Notes: a model not told the origin generated them from the letters alone. A stretch of DNA of 33,531 bases from an uncultured Caulobacterales bacterium (GCA_964605055.1 CAZSBU010000001.1:1-33531); one strand, 5' to 3'; positions 9,390-18,500 are shown, numbered from the stretch's first letter. Numbers and translations: made by a program.

Positions 9390-9811
9390 CATAAGTCTCG
9401 TTGTGTTTGACTATGCGCCTGTCCTTCGAGGCCCGTCGTGCCGACGGGCGCCTCAGGATGAGGGGCCGGGTTGAGCGAACGGCTGTTCGCAGCCTGCGCC
9501 AGCATCTGTTTACGGACGTTTGAACGTCTGGCGTGAAGTTTCAACCGGTCGACATCGCCTCGCATGAACGCTTCCTTCTTGGCGCGGCTCCAGCCCTTCA
9601 ACTGGCGCTCGAAAGCGGCGGCGTCCTCAAAGCGGGTAAACCACTCAGACCAAACGCAGGCGACGGGCCGGCGGAAAAATGTATAAGCCTTCGGGTCTTG
9701 CCCGAGATTGTGGGCGGCAACCCGTTCGCCCACATCCGTCCCGCGATGCGAGCCGACATAATAGGAATTGTCGACGCAGCGGAGTATGTAAACGAAGCCC
9801 TGAGCCTGCAT
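9389..9811 (-). CDS. GIY-YIG nuclease family protein (YhbQ/UPF0213-like)
   Basis: FVYILRCVDNSYYVG, ERVAAHN, AYTFFRRPV and ERQLKGWSRAKKEA motifs; ATG at 9811 lies just inside the right flanking repeat. Confidence 0.9.
   Translation of the reverse strand: MQAQGFVYILRCVDNSYYVGSHRGTDVGERVAAHNLGQDPKAYTFFRRPVACVWSEWFTRFEDAAAFERQLKGWSRAKKEAFMRGDVDRLKLHARRSNVRKQMLAQAANSRSLNPAPHPEAPVGTTGLEGQAHSQTQRDL
9420..9462 (-). repeat. REP-like palindromic repeat, left copy
   Basis: Reverse complement reads CTCATCCTGAGG-cgcccgtcggcacgacggg-CCTCGAAGGACA with internal hairpin cccgtcg/cgacggg. Confidence 0.85.
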
Positions 9812-9889
9812 CACTACCAACGCGCCCCGTCTTCGCTTAACTCGAGTCTCTTCCTCATCCTGAAGTTTTCCCTCGTTCTGAGACCGTGT

Positions 9890-9932
9890 CTCATCCTGAG
9901 GTGCGATTGCGCAGCAATCGCCTCGAAGGACA
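9890..9932 (+). repeat. REP-like palindromic repeat, right copy (inverted relative to left copy)
   Basis: CTCATCCTGAGG-tgcgattgcgcagcaatcg-CCTCGAAGGACA with internal hairpin gcgattgc/gcaatcgc; a partial copy cctcatcctga lies at 9853-9863. Confidence 0.85.
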
Positions 9933-9963
9933 GCTCGCACGAAGCTTTACGGTGCGCCGCCAT

Positions 9964-10632
9964 CTACGACGCCGGCGCATTTGGCAGCGCGCGGATGGGA
10001 GCAGCCGCAGACCCATCATAAAGCGCGGGATCGGTGAGCGTGGTATTCTCGCCCTCAGGATCGGACGTGTGGCGCTTCGGGTTCGCTGTCCCTGCCTTCA
10101 CCGCCTCGCCGCGGCGCCATTTGCCGAGCATCTCCTCGAACAGCTCGGGCGTCAGGTCTTCGTAGTAATGGTCGCTGTCGTTCGTAGACATCTGGATCAT
10201 CGGCGCGTTGACGCACGCGCCGAGGCACTCGACCTCCAACCAAGACAGTTTGCCGTCAGCCGTCGGATGGTTTTCCTCGCCGATGACGCGCCGGCAGACG
10301 TCGATGAGATCGCCGGCGCCGCGCAGCATGCAGGGCGTCGTGCCGCAGACCTGAACGAAATAGGCGCCCTGCGGCGCGAGGTTGAACATGGTGTAGAATG
10401 TCGCGACCTCATAGACGCGGATATACGGCATCGTGAGTTGCTCGGCGATGGTCTCCATCATGGGGATGGAGATCCACCCCTCCTGTTTCTGGCCGCGCCA
10501 GAGGAACGGGATGACGCAGGACGCCTGCCGGCCCTCGGGGTATTTCTTCATCTGCGCCGCGCACCAGGCGAGGTTTTCATCGCTCCACCCGAACGACGCA
10601 GGCTGATTTTTTGCAGGCTTGCGGGAGGCCAT
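9964..10632 (-). CDS. nuoE: NADH-quinone oxidoreductase subunit E
   Basis: KYPEGRQAS, EVATFYTMF, VCGTTPCMLRG and VECLGACVNAP 2Fe-2S motifs. Confidence 0.97.
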   Translation of the reverse strand: MASRKPAKNQPASFGWSDENLAWCAAQMKKYPEGRQASCVIPFLWRGQKQEGWISIPMMETIAEQLTMPYIRVYEVATFYTMFNLAPQGAYFVQVCGTTPCMLRGAGDLIDVCRRVIGEENHPTADGKLSWLEVECLGACVNAPMIQMSTNDSDHYYEDLTPELFEEMLGKWRRGEAVKAGTANPKRHTSDPEGENTTLTDPALYDGSAAAPIRALPNAPAS

Positions 10633-10634
10633 GA

Positions 10635-11075
10635 CTATTTCCTCGGGAAAACGTAGCCGCGTTCGGCCTGGAGCTTTTCAATCAGCTGCTTTTCTTTTTT
10701 GGTCAGATATTCTTTTTCGGTCGGATATTCCTCCCGCCTCCTCATCGCCAACCAAAAGTCCTCCATTGGACCACCCAAAAAGGGCAAGCGCCGATAAAGC
10801 TTGAAATGTACCAGAGCGATCAAAAACAAATAACCAGGCATCTGCGCCAGAACGGCCGATACAAAGGTGGAGAGAGTATCGTCTACCTCAGGCAGCTGTT
10901 GCATCGGGATTTGGCATAATATCACATACAAAAAGCACCAAATCGCTCCGCCCATACCAACACGGTTCGGCTTGTCGTGATAAGAACGAAGAAAAAATGC
11001 AAAAAAAACTCCGCCAAGAACACTTAAGGCAATAATAACGCTCAGTATAGTGCCGAAAAATACAACAACGCTCAC
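10635..11075 (-). CDS. Hypothetical AT-rich membrane protein B (~3 TM)
   Basis: 146 aa hydrophobic ORF, visibly AT-rich; GTG start overlaps the TGA of the duplicated nuoD end; stop is 2 nt before the nuoE ATG. Confidence 0.75.
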   Translation of the reverse strand: MSVVVFFGTILSVIIALSVLGGVFFAFFLRSYHDKPNRVGMGGAIWCFLYVILCQIPMQQLPEVDDTLSTFVSAVLAQMPGYLFLIALVHFKLYRRLPFLGGPMEDFWLAMRRREEYPTEKEYLTKKEKQLIEKLQAERGYVFPRK

Positions 11076-11190
11076 CGATCAATCTCCCCGAAGACGATAT
11101 CGAGCGAGCCGAGGATGGCCGAAACGTCCGCAAGAAGGTGCCCGCCGGTCATCCAGTCCATCGCCTGCAGGTGCGCATAGCCCGGCGCCC
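11071..11190 (-). pseudogene. Duplicated 3' end of nuoD
   Basis: Matches 11666-11785 with 9 mismatches in 120 nt (manual alignment); encodes [39 protein letters not shown]. Confidence 0.9.
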
Positions 11191-11264
11191 GCGCACCAAG
11201 CCAGATTTTCATCGCTCCATCGGAACGACGCAGGCTGATGTTTTGCGGGTTTGCGGGAGGCCAT
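11191..11264 (-). pseudogene. Duplicated 5' end of nuoE
   Basis: Matches 10559-10632 with 8 mismatches in 74 nt (manual alignment); encodes [25 protein letters not shown] versus Nuo[26 protein letters not shown]. Confidence 0.9.
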
Positions 11265-11265
11265 G

Positions 11266-11670
11266 TCAATTTTTCCGGGACGTCAAGCGCACGCGCTCTA
11301 GCTCTTCTAACTCTTGAATAATCCGCTCGCTTCTAGCCGCATAGTAGCGGTTAGAAGCTAAAAAGTAGGCTATGAAATAATTGCCAAAAATTGGAATTCG
11401 ATAGATCAATTTTGATCCAAAGAACAGGAACAACATTAGTGACCAAAGGAAAATTGGTAATCCGGCAGCCGGGTCAATTACCTCTCTCATATATATCAGT
11501 AATATAACAATAAGGGGTAACTTCATAAAACTTGAAACGAAAAAATAACCTAGGACAACTTTAATCCTATTAGTATGGTATTTTCTAAGAAACCAACCCA
11601 TTATCCCCGCAGTGAATACTAAGGTCATTAATATAACTATTGTCGCAATAACGAATACATAAATGCTCAC
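11266..11670 (-). CDS. Hypothetical AT-rich membrane protein A (~3 TM)
   Basis: 134 aa hydrophobic ORF, strongly AT-rich; GTG start overlaps the nuoD stop (GTGA). Confidence 0.75.
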   Translation of the reverse strand: MSIYVFVIATIVILMTLVFTAGIMGWFLRKYHTNRIKVVLGYFFVSSFMKLPLIVILLIYMREVIDPAAGLPIFLWSLMLFLFFGSKLIYRIPIFGNYFIAYFLASNRYYAARSERIIQELEELERVRLTSRKN

Positions 11671-12896
11671 CGATCAATCTCCCCGAAGACGATATCTAGC
11701 GAGCCGAGGATGGCCGAGACGTCCGCCAGAAGATGGCCGCGGCTCATCCAGTCCATCGCCTGAAGATGCGCATAGCCCGGCGCCCTGATCTTGCAGCGAT
11801 AGGGCCGGTTGGAGCCATCAGAGACGACATAGACGCCGAATTCGCCTTTCGGGGCCTCGACCGCCGCATAGACCTCGCCCTCGGGCGTGCGGAAGCCCTC
11901 AGTGTACAGCTTGAAATGATGGATCAGCGCCTCCATCGAGCCTTTCATCTCGCCGCGGCGCGGCGGGGCGATCTTGGCGTCGGCGGTCATCACGGCGCCC
12001 GGCCCGTCGGCGCGCATCTTCGCTATCGTCTGCTTCATGATCGAGACCGACTGTTTCATCTCCTCGACGCGGCAGAGGTATCGGTCCCAGCAATCGCCGT
12101 TCTTGCCGACCGGTATGTCGAAATCGAGCTCAGCGTAGGTCTCGTAAGGCTGCGACTTGCGCAAATCCCACGCGACGCCCGAGCCGCGCAGCATGACGCC
12201 CGAAAAACCCCAGGCGAACGCTTCTTCGGCGGTGACGACGCCGATATCGACATTGCGCTGCTTGAAGATGCGGTTTTCGGTAACGAGCGACTCGATGTCG
12301 GCCAGCTTTTCGGGAAACTGATCGCACCAGGCGTCGATGTCGTCGATGAGCTTTGGCGGCAAATCCTGATGCACGCCGCCGACGCGGAAATAGGCCGCGT
12401 GCATGCGCGAGCCGGATGCGCGCTCATAAAACACCATGAGCTTTTCGCGCTCTTCAAAGCCCCAGAGCGGCGGCGTCAGCGCGCCCACGTCCATCGCCTG
12501 CGTCGTCACATTGAGGATGTGCGAGAGGATGCGGCCAATCTCGCAGAACAGCACCCGGATGTGCTGCGCCCGGCGCGGCGCCTCAACGCCGAGCAGCCGT
12601 TCGGCGGCAAGGCAGAACGCGTGCTCCTGATTCATCGGCGCGACATAGTCGAGCCGGTCGAAATATGGGATCGCCTGAAGATAGGTCTTATACTCGATCA
12701 GTTTCTCGGTCCCGCGATGCAACAGGCCGATATGCGGGTCGACGCGCTCGACGATCTCGCCGTCAAGCTCCAGAACGAGGCGAAGGACGCCGTGCGCCGC
12801 CGGGTGCTGCGGGCCGAAATTGATCGTGAACTTGCGGTCGGACGCTGCGTCCGAAGCTGAGTCCTCGACCTCGATCGGTTTTGTTCCGTCGGCCAT
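11667..12896 (-). CDS. nuoD: NADH-quinone oxidoreductase subunit D
   Basis: [35 protein letters not shown] and [10 protein letters not shown]-terminus. Confidence 0.99.
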   Translation of the reverse strand: MADGTKPIEVEDSASDAASDRKFTINFGPQHPAAHGVLRLVLELDGEIVERVDPHIGLLHRGTEKLIEYKTYLQAIPYFDRLDYVAPMNQEHAFCLAAERLLGVEAPRRAQHIRVLFCEIGRILSHILNVTTQAMDVGALTPPLWGFEEREKLMVFYERASGSRMHAAYFRVGGVHQDLPPKLIDDIDAWCDQFPEKLADIESLVTENRIFKQRNVDIGVVTAEEAFAWGFSGVMLRGSGVAWDLRKSQPYETYAELDFDIPVGKNGDCWDRYLCRVEEMKQSVSIMKQTIAKMRADGPGAVMTADAKIAPPRRGEMKGSMEALIHHFKLYTEGFRTPEGEVYAAVEAPKGEFGVYVVSDGSNRPYRCKIRAPGYAHLQAMDWMSRGHLLADVSAILGSLDIVFGEIDR

Positions 12897-12934
12897 CTAG
12901 TTCAGACCCTTATGCCCGTTGAGCATTGTCATGA

Positions 12935-13552
12935 TCATGACGTTTTCGCGGGGCTGGCGGCTTTCTCATCGCCGGGCAGGACAGAATGGGCGCCCTCCCA
13001 TGGCGACAGATAGTCGAAATTCCGGTATTCCTGAACGAGGTTCACAGGTTCGTACACGACCCGTTTTTGCTGGTCGTCATAGCGAACCTCAAGATAGCCG
13101 GTCAGGGGGAAGTCTTTCCGCAGGGGGAAGCCTTCAAAACTATAATCGGTAAGAATGCGCCGCAGATCAGGGTGATCGCTGAACGCGATGCCGTACATGT
13201 CGAACGCTTCGCGCTCGAACCAGTCAGCGCAAGGATAAATCTCGCGAACAGATGGAATAGATTCGTTTTCACCGACCTGCGCTTTAACCCGGATACGCGT
13301 GTTGTTGTGCAGCGAAAGCAGGTGATAGACCACATCGAAGCGCTTGGCGCGTTCCGGGTAATCGACGCCACAAAGGTCCATTAATTGGATGAAGCGGCAT
13401 AGCGGATTATCGCGAAGAAATTTAAGCACCGGAACGATCCGGTCGGCCCGCGCCTCGATCGTCAGCTCGCCATAGGCGATGCGCCAGTCGCGAAGATCGG
13501 AATCGATCGTGGCGGAAATGTGCTCGCCCAACTCACGAAGTTCATCTGACAT
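12935..13552 (-). CDS. nuoC: NADH-quinone oxidoreductase subunit C
   Basis: [32 protein letters not shown] and [10 protein letters not shown] motifs; start may be 13552 or 13567. Confidence 0.97.
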   Translation of the reverse strand: MSDELRELGEHISATIDSDLRDWRIAYGELTIEARADRIVPVLKFLRDNPLCRFIQLMDLCGVDYPERAKRFDVVYHLLSLHNNTRIRVKAQVGENESIPSVREIYPCADWFEREAFDMYGIAFSDHPDLRRILTDYSFEGFPLRKDFPLTGYLEVRYDDQQKRVVYEPVNLVQEYRNFDYLSPWEGAHSVLPGDEKAASPAKTS

Positions 13553-13579
13553 CAATCGATCTTTCAAAACATCGCGCGG

Positions 13580-14131
13580 TCAACGGACGATCGACCCTTC
13601 GCGGCGGATCTTCTTCTGCAATTGCAAAACCCCGTAAACGAGAGCCTCCGCCGTCGGCGGGCAACCCGGCACGTAAATGTCCACCGGCACGATCCGGTCG
13701 CAGCCGCGCACTACCGCGTAGGAATAGTGGTAGTACCCGCCACCATTGGCGCAGGACCCCATCGAGATCACGTAGCGGGGGTTCGGCATCTGGTCGTAGA
13801 CCTTGCGCAAAGCCGGCGCCATTTTGTTCGTCAACGTGCCGGCCACAATCATCACGTCGGACTGCCGCGGCGAGCCGCGCGGCGCAAAGCCGAAGCGCTC
13901 GAGGTCATAGCGCGGCATGGACGCCTGCATCATCTCGACGGCGCAGCAAGCGAGGCCGAACGTCATCCACATCAGCGAGCCGGTCCGCGCCCAGGTAATG
14001 ATGGAGTCGGCGGACGTCGTGAAAAACCCTCGATCGGACAGTTCATCCGACAGGGAGGTGAAAAAGGGATCCTTGGCGTCCGGCTTGTAGACAGGACCGG
14101 CGTTCAGATCGAGCGGCGGGGTCAGCGCCAT
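13580..14131 (-). CDS. nuoB: NADH-quinone oxidoreductase subunit B
   Basis: [26 protein letters not shown] and PGCPPTAE motifs. Confidence 0.98.
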   Translation of the reverse strand: MALTPPLDLNAGPVYKPDAKDPFFTSLSDELSDRGFFTTSADSIITWARTGSLMWMTFGLACCAVEMMQASMPRYDLERFGFAPRGSPRQSDVMIVAGTLTNKMAPALRKVYDQMPNPRYVISMGSCANGGGYYHYSYAVVRGCDRIVPVDIYVPGCPPTAEALVYGVLQLQKKIRREGSIVR

Positions 14132-14517
14132 TCAAGCGCTCCCTTCTTCCATTCGTAAAGAAACCCGACAGTAAAGACCGCCAAGAAAACGATCATCGAC
14201 CAGAAGGCGAAAATCTGGAAATCGCGGTCCGCGCCAAGCGTCGGGTTGAAAAGCGTCACTGCCCAAGGAAATAAAAACGCCACATCGAGATCTACAATAA
14301 TGAAGAGAATGGCGACGATGTAGAACTGGACGTCGAACTTCATGCGCGCGTCGTCAAAGGCGTTGAACCCGCACTCATAGGTCGAGACCTTTTCCGGATC
14401 GGGGTCTGAAGGCGCGATCAGCGCCGGCGCGGCTAGAAAGCCAACGCCAAGAACGAGGGCCAATCCGAAAAAGACGATTATTGGCAACCAGTCCAATAGA
14501 AACTCGGGCGCAGCCAC
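14122..14517 (-). CDS. nuoA: NADH-quinone oxidoreductase subunit A
   Basis: [27 protein letters not shown] and [10 protein letters not shown]; GAGGAG SD upstream of the GTG. Confidence 0.96.
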   Translation of the reverse strand: MAAPEFLLDWLPIIVFFGLALVLGVGFLAAPALIAPSDPDPEKVSTYECGFNAFDDARMKFDVQFYIVAILFIIVDLDVAFLFPWAVTLFNPTLGADRDFQIFAFWSMIVFLAVFTVGFLYEWKKGALEWR

Positions 14518-14623
14518 GATGGGCTCCTCTTGATCGTTGACCTCAATTGTGGCGGGAAACTAGGCAGCAGCGCGCCGAAAGGCAACGCTCGTTGGGGTCG
14601 CATCGGAGAGGCCGTGCAAGGCC

Positions 14624-15193
14624 TCAGGGCTCTGGGGGCGCTTCGAGACGATCCTCATCGGCGGGAGGGTCGCCGGCTCCCCGCTGACCGTCACGCATGA
14701 ACTCGGTCCAGTCCTCGACTTCCCAGAATCGCTCATCAAGAAGAGAGTCGCGCATCGGCTCCGGAATGTCTGTATCTTTAAGCTTTTTTTGCTCGCTTGA
14801 AGTCGCGGCAAACGCCGCCAGATGGGCGATGTCGTCGGCTTCAAGGTCGATCACATAGCCAAGCTCAAGTGACTGAAACTCAACCATTGCCGCCGCGCCG
14901 CGCCACATGCGGGCGGCAAAATCGAGGGGATCAATCGCATCAATCTGCGTCTGGGCGTCCAGCGCTGGTCCCGCCTTGCCGCCCACGCCATTAACGGCGT
15001 GGCAAATGACGCACCCTTTCTGGATGAAAGTCGCCCTGCCCTCAGCCGCATCGCCAATCCGCTCAACCCGTTCATTTGACAGGACAACGGACGCGACGTC
15101 ACGGGGCGCATTCTGCGTCGTCCCGCCCCAAGGTTCACCTCCGCAAGCGGAGGTCGCGCCGAGAGCTATGATCCCCATTAATGTTCGATACAT
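14624..15193 (-). CDS. Monoheme c-type cytochrome, probable lipoprotein
   Basis: CVICH heme motif followed by GGKAGPAL; lipobox-like ATSAC in the signal peptide. Confidence 0.85.
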   Translation of the reverse strand: MYRTLMGIIALGATSACGGEPWGGTTQNAPRDVASVVLSNERVERIGDAAEGRATFIQKGCVICHAVNGVGGKAGPALDAQTQIDAIDPLDFAARMWRGAAAMVEFQSLELGYVIDLEADDIAHLAAFAATSSEQKKLKDTDIPEPMRDSLLDERFWEVEDWTEFMRDGQRGAGDPPADEDRLEAPPEP

Positions 15194-15277
15194 GTGCAGT
15201 TCGTCCCCATCTGAACGTCATCTCAAACCCAATTATCCGCCTGCCTGCGCTGAACAACAAGCAGAAAGGACCGGCCA

Positions 15278-15385
15278 GGAAAGCGGCCGTCCTCTGTTGA
15301 AGGACGGCCGCTTGGCGCCATGCGCGCTGCTGGGGGAAGTCAGCGCTAGCTTCCTGGGGGGATGGAGCGACGCTGATGAAAGTAC
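15278..15385 (-). ncRNA. Candidate small RNA with two C-rich loops and a terminal 13-bp hairpin
   Basis: Minus strand: gctcc-atcccccca-ggaagc, then gcgctg-acttcccccag-cagcgc, then aagcggccgtcct-loop-aggacggccgctt (15281-15313); boundaries approximate. Confidence 0.4.
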
Positions 15386-15500
15386 TGACTGAATTGCGAT
15401 GATCGCAACATCCCCAAATTCGGACTGCTTCGAGAGAATCTTCCAGTTGGATTACTGCAAATCAATCTGAGCGCCCTTCTAGGCATTCCGGAGAAGCCTC

Positions 15501-18500
15501 TCACGTTTCCCTATGGCGGCGTCGGCGTTCGGAACTCCCGTTCAGTACTTTTCGTATCTTGAAATCGAGTTCGCTCTGCCGAAAGGGTTTTTGGATAAAA
15601 TCTATCCCCTGCTCCAAACGCTCATCGTGGATCACTCCGGTCTCAGCATATCCGGATGTGAACAATACTTTTAGGTCGGGCGCACGCTTTACCGCCACCT
15701 CCGCTAGATCGCGCCCGTTCATACCCCCTGGCATGATAATATCGGTGAGGAGAAGGTCGAAATCGTCCGTATGGCTCAAAGCCGCCAAGGCCTCTCGCGC
15801 GTTACGCGCCTCAGTCACCTTATAACCGAGGCTCCGAAGCTGCGAGAGGACATGTCCGCGGACCAGATCGTCGTCCTCGACGTAGAGTATCCGAGCAAGG
15901 CCGCCAACGATTTCCCGCGCCTCATCAGCCTTCGCCTCGCCATCGCCCGCCATCGCGCGCGGCAGATAAATACGCACGATTGTTCCAACGCCTTCTTCGG
16001 ATTCAATCTCGACATGCCCTTTTGACTGCTTGGCGAAACCGAACACCATGCTGAGGCCGAGCCCCGTTCCATGTCCCGGCTCCTTGGTGCTGAAGAAGGG
16101 TTCGAATGCGCGCGCCTGAACGCTTGGCGACATGCCCGCACCCGTATCTGTAACGGCAATCAAAACATATGATCCTGGTTCAATCTCTGCGCTGGCTTCG
16201 GCAATCTCGACATTAGCGAGCTGTAAAGAGAGCCGTCCGCCTTCAGGCATGGCGTCTCGCGCATTGATACAAAGATTGAGGATGGCGTTTTCCAATTGGC
16301 TGGCGTCAACAAACGCCGGCCATAAATCATCCGGAGCATCGATATGAAGCTCGATGCTTTCGCCCAGCGCTCTCTTTATCAGAATGCCGCCAGAATTGAT
16401 CAGGCGCGCGAGGTTCGTTGCGCGAGGATCAAGCGGCTGACGCCGTGAGAACGCGAGTAACCGGCTTGTAAGCTGCGCGCCACGCTCCGCCGCCCGGCGC
16501 GTCATCTCGGCAAGCGGCCCCAGACGCTCCGAACCCGCCAATTCCCGAGTGAGGGTCTCCGCGTTGCCGAGGATAACCGTCAACAGATTGTTGAAGTCAT
16601 GCGCAACACTACCGGTCAGTTGGCCGACTGCCTCCAGCTTTTGGGCCTGCCGCCATTTCTCCTCGATGCGGCGGCGCTCAATGAACGCCTCAATCGACTG
16701 GACGAACAGTTCGAGACTGGCGACGGCGTTCTTGTCAAAGAAGTTTGCTGCGCCCGACACGACATTGAGCACACCGCCGCCCGGCTCGCCCGACAGGCGC
16801 CCCGAAAGGCGAATGGCGATCATCGATTTGATGCCAGTCCGAACGCAGGCGGAAACATCTGCCCGCGCTTCGTGAGCCGTATCGTTACAGACAAGCGTTT
16901 CGCCAGTTTGCAGCGCTCGCCCCGACCATGACTGCGCGACCTGAGCCCGACTGCCCCGTTTGGTCAAAGCCAGACCGTATGCCGCGACGCACACGAGTTC
17001 CTCACCCTCAGCCCACGCGAGCGTTGCGCCGTCGGCGGAAAGCAGGCGGGCGGCAGTCGCCACGAGATAATCATGCAGCTGCACGTCTGGCCCGGCGGCA
17101 AAGGCCGTCAATTGTCGCAAAGCCTCAACATTGCGAGACAGCCGCTCGGCGTATTGCGTCAACGCCACTTGGGCTGCGTCGCGTTCTGTCGCGTCGGTCA
17201 TGCCGCCGACAAATCGAACTGGCTCACCTTCTGCGTTAAAAATCAGACGGCCGCGATCTTCGATAAGGCGGACGGCGCCGTCCGCGCGAAAAAAGCGATA
17301 GGTCGCCTCCCACTCAGGGACGCGGTCCTTAACGGCCTGAGTAAGGCTATCGACAACCCACTCCCGGTCGTCTGGATGAAGCTGGCGAACCCAGGCTTGA
17401 GGCTGGCGCGCTTCGACTGGATCGAGCCCAAAGACGCGGTGATAACCTTCGTTCCACCAGATTTCATTCGTTTTCAGATCCCAGTCCCAGATAACGTCGG
17501 TCGTGGCCTGAGCGACAGCGCGAAAGCGTTCCTTGCCGAGACGCATCGCCGCTTCAGCGTTCAAGCGTTCGGTGACGTCGCGTTGGGTCGAAACAAAGTG
17601 CGTGTAATTCCCCATCTCATCTGAAAGCGGAACGATGTCGATCTCGACCACTGTTTCGCGGCCATCCTTGGTATAGTTGACAAGCTGCGCGCGAACTGGC
17701 TTCCAAGCCTTCAGGGCGCGCCTAATGCGATCAAGCTCTTTCCGGTCTGTCTTCTGTCCCTGCAGAAGGCGCGGACTTTTGCCGATAACATCTTCCGGGC
17801 GGTAACCTGTCTGCCGGGTAAACGAGTCGTTTACATAAACGATCTTTGGTCCAGCCTCGTCGATCGAGCCCGCCTCAGTGACGATAATGGCGTCGCCTAT
17901 TGTTGAAATTGCGGCCTGCAGAAGGCTTAATTCAGCCGCCGCTTCGCGTTCGGCTGTAACGTTGCGGACGTAAATGGCGAGTCCTGGCGTCGCCGGAAAA
18001 ACATGCAAAGAGTACCAACTGTTCCAACGCGGATAATAATATTCAAACCACTCTGGCGATTTCCTGTCTAGCGCACGTCTGTATCGTACTTCGACCTCCG
18101 TGCCGACAATATCTGGAAAGACCTCCCAGATTGTCTTTCCGATGATTTGTTCTCGGTCAAAACCGAGTAGCTTTTCGGCATTGGAATTGACTGTGACGTA
18201 ACGCCACTGCTCATCCAGCATGTAAAAGGCGTCGCTGACGGACTCGAGCGTTTCACGCACCTTGCGTGCTGCGTCCCGGCTATATTCTTCGGCCTGGCGG
18301 CGGTCGTCGACATCGACGGCTGATCCCACGAGCCGGCGCGCGCCAGTAGCTGGGTCTGCCCATGAGCGAGCTGTCAGAAGTAGGGTCCGGTATTCACCAG
18401 AATCGCTTCTTACCCTCGCTTCACAAAGGAAATCAGAACCATTTCGCGCCGCGTCGCGCATCGCAGCTAGACAGTCGTCGCGATCGTAGGGATGGAGCAG

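Noticed and set aside
9420-9932. CRISPR array or classical IS interpretation of the repeats
   Set aside because: Only two full copies, inverted and about 430 nt apart; no cas genes, no DDE/HUH transposase and no evident target-site duplication.
9812-9940. 43-aa N-terminal extension of the GIY-YIG ORF in the ORF track
   Set aside because: It runs through the flanking repeat; the nuclease motif begins right after the ATG at 9811.
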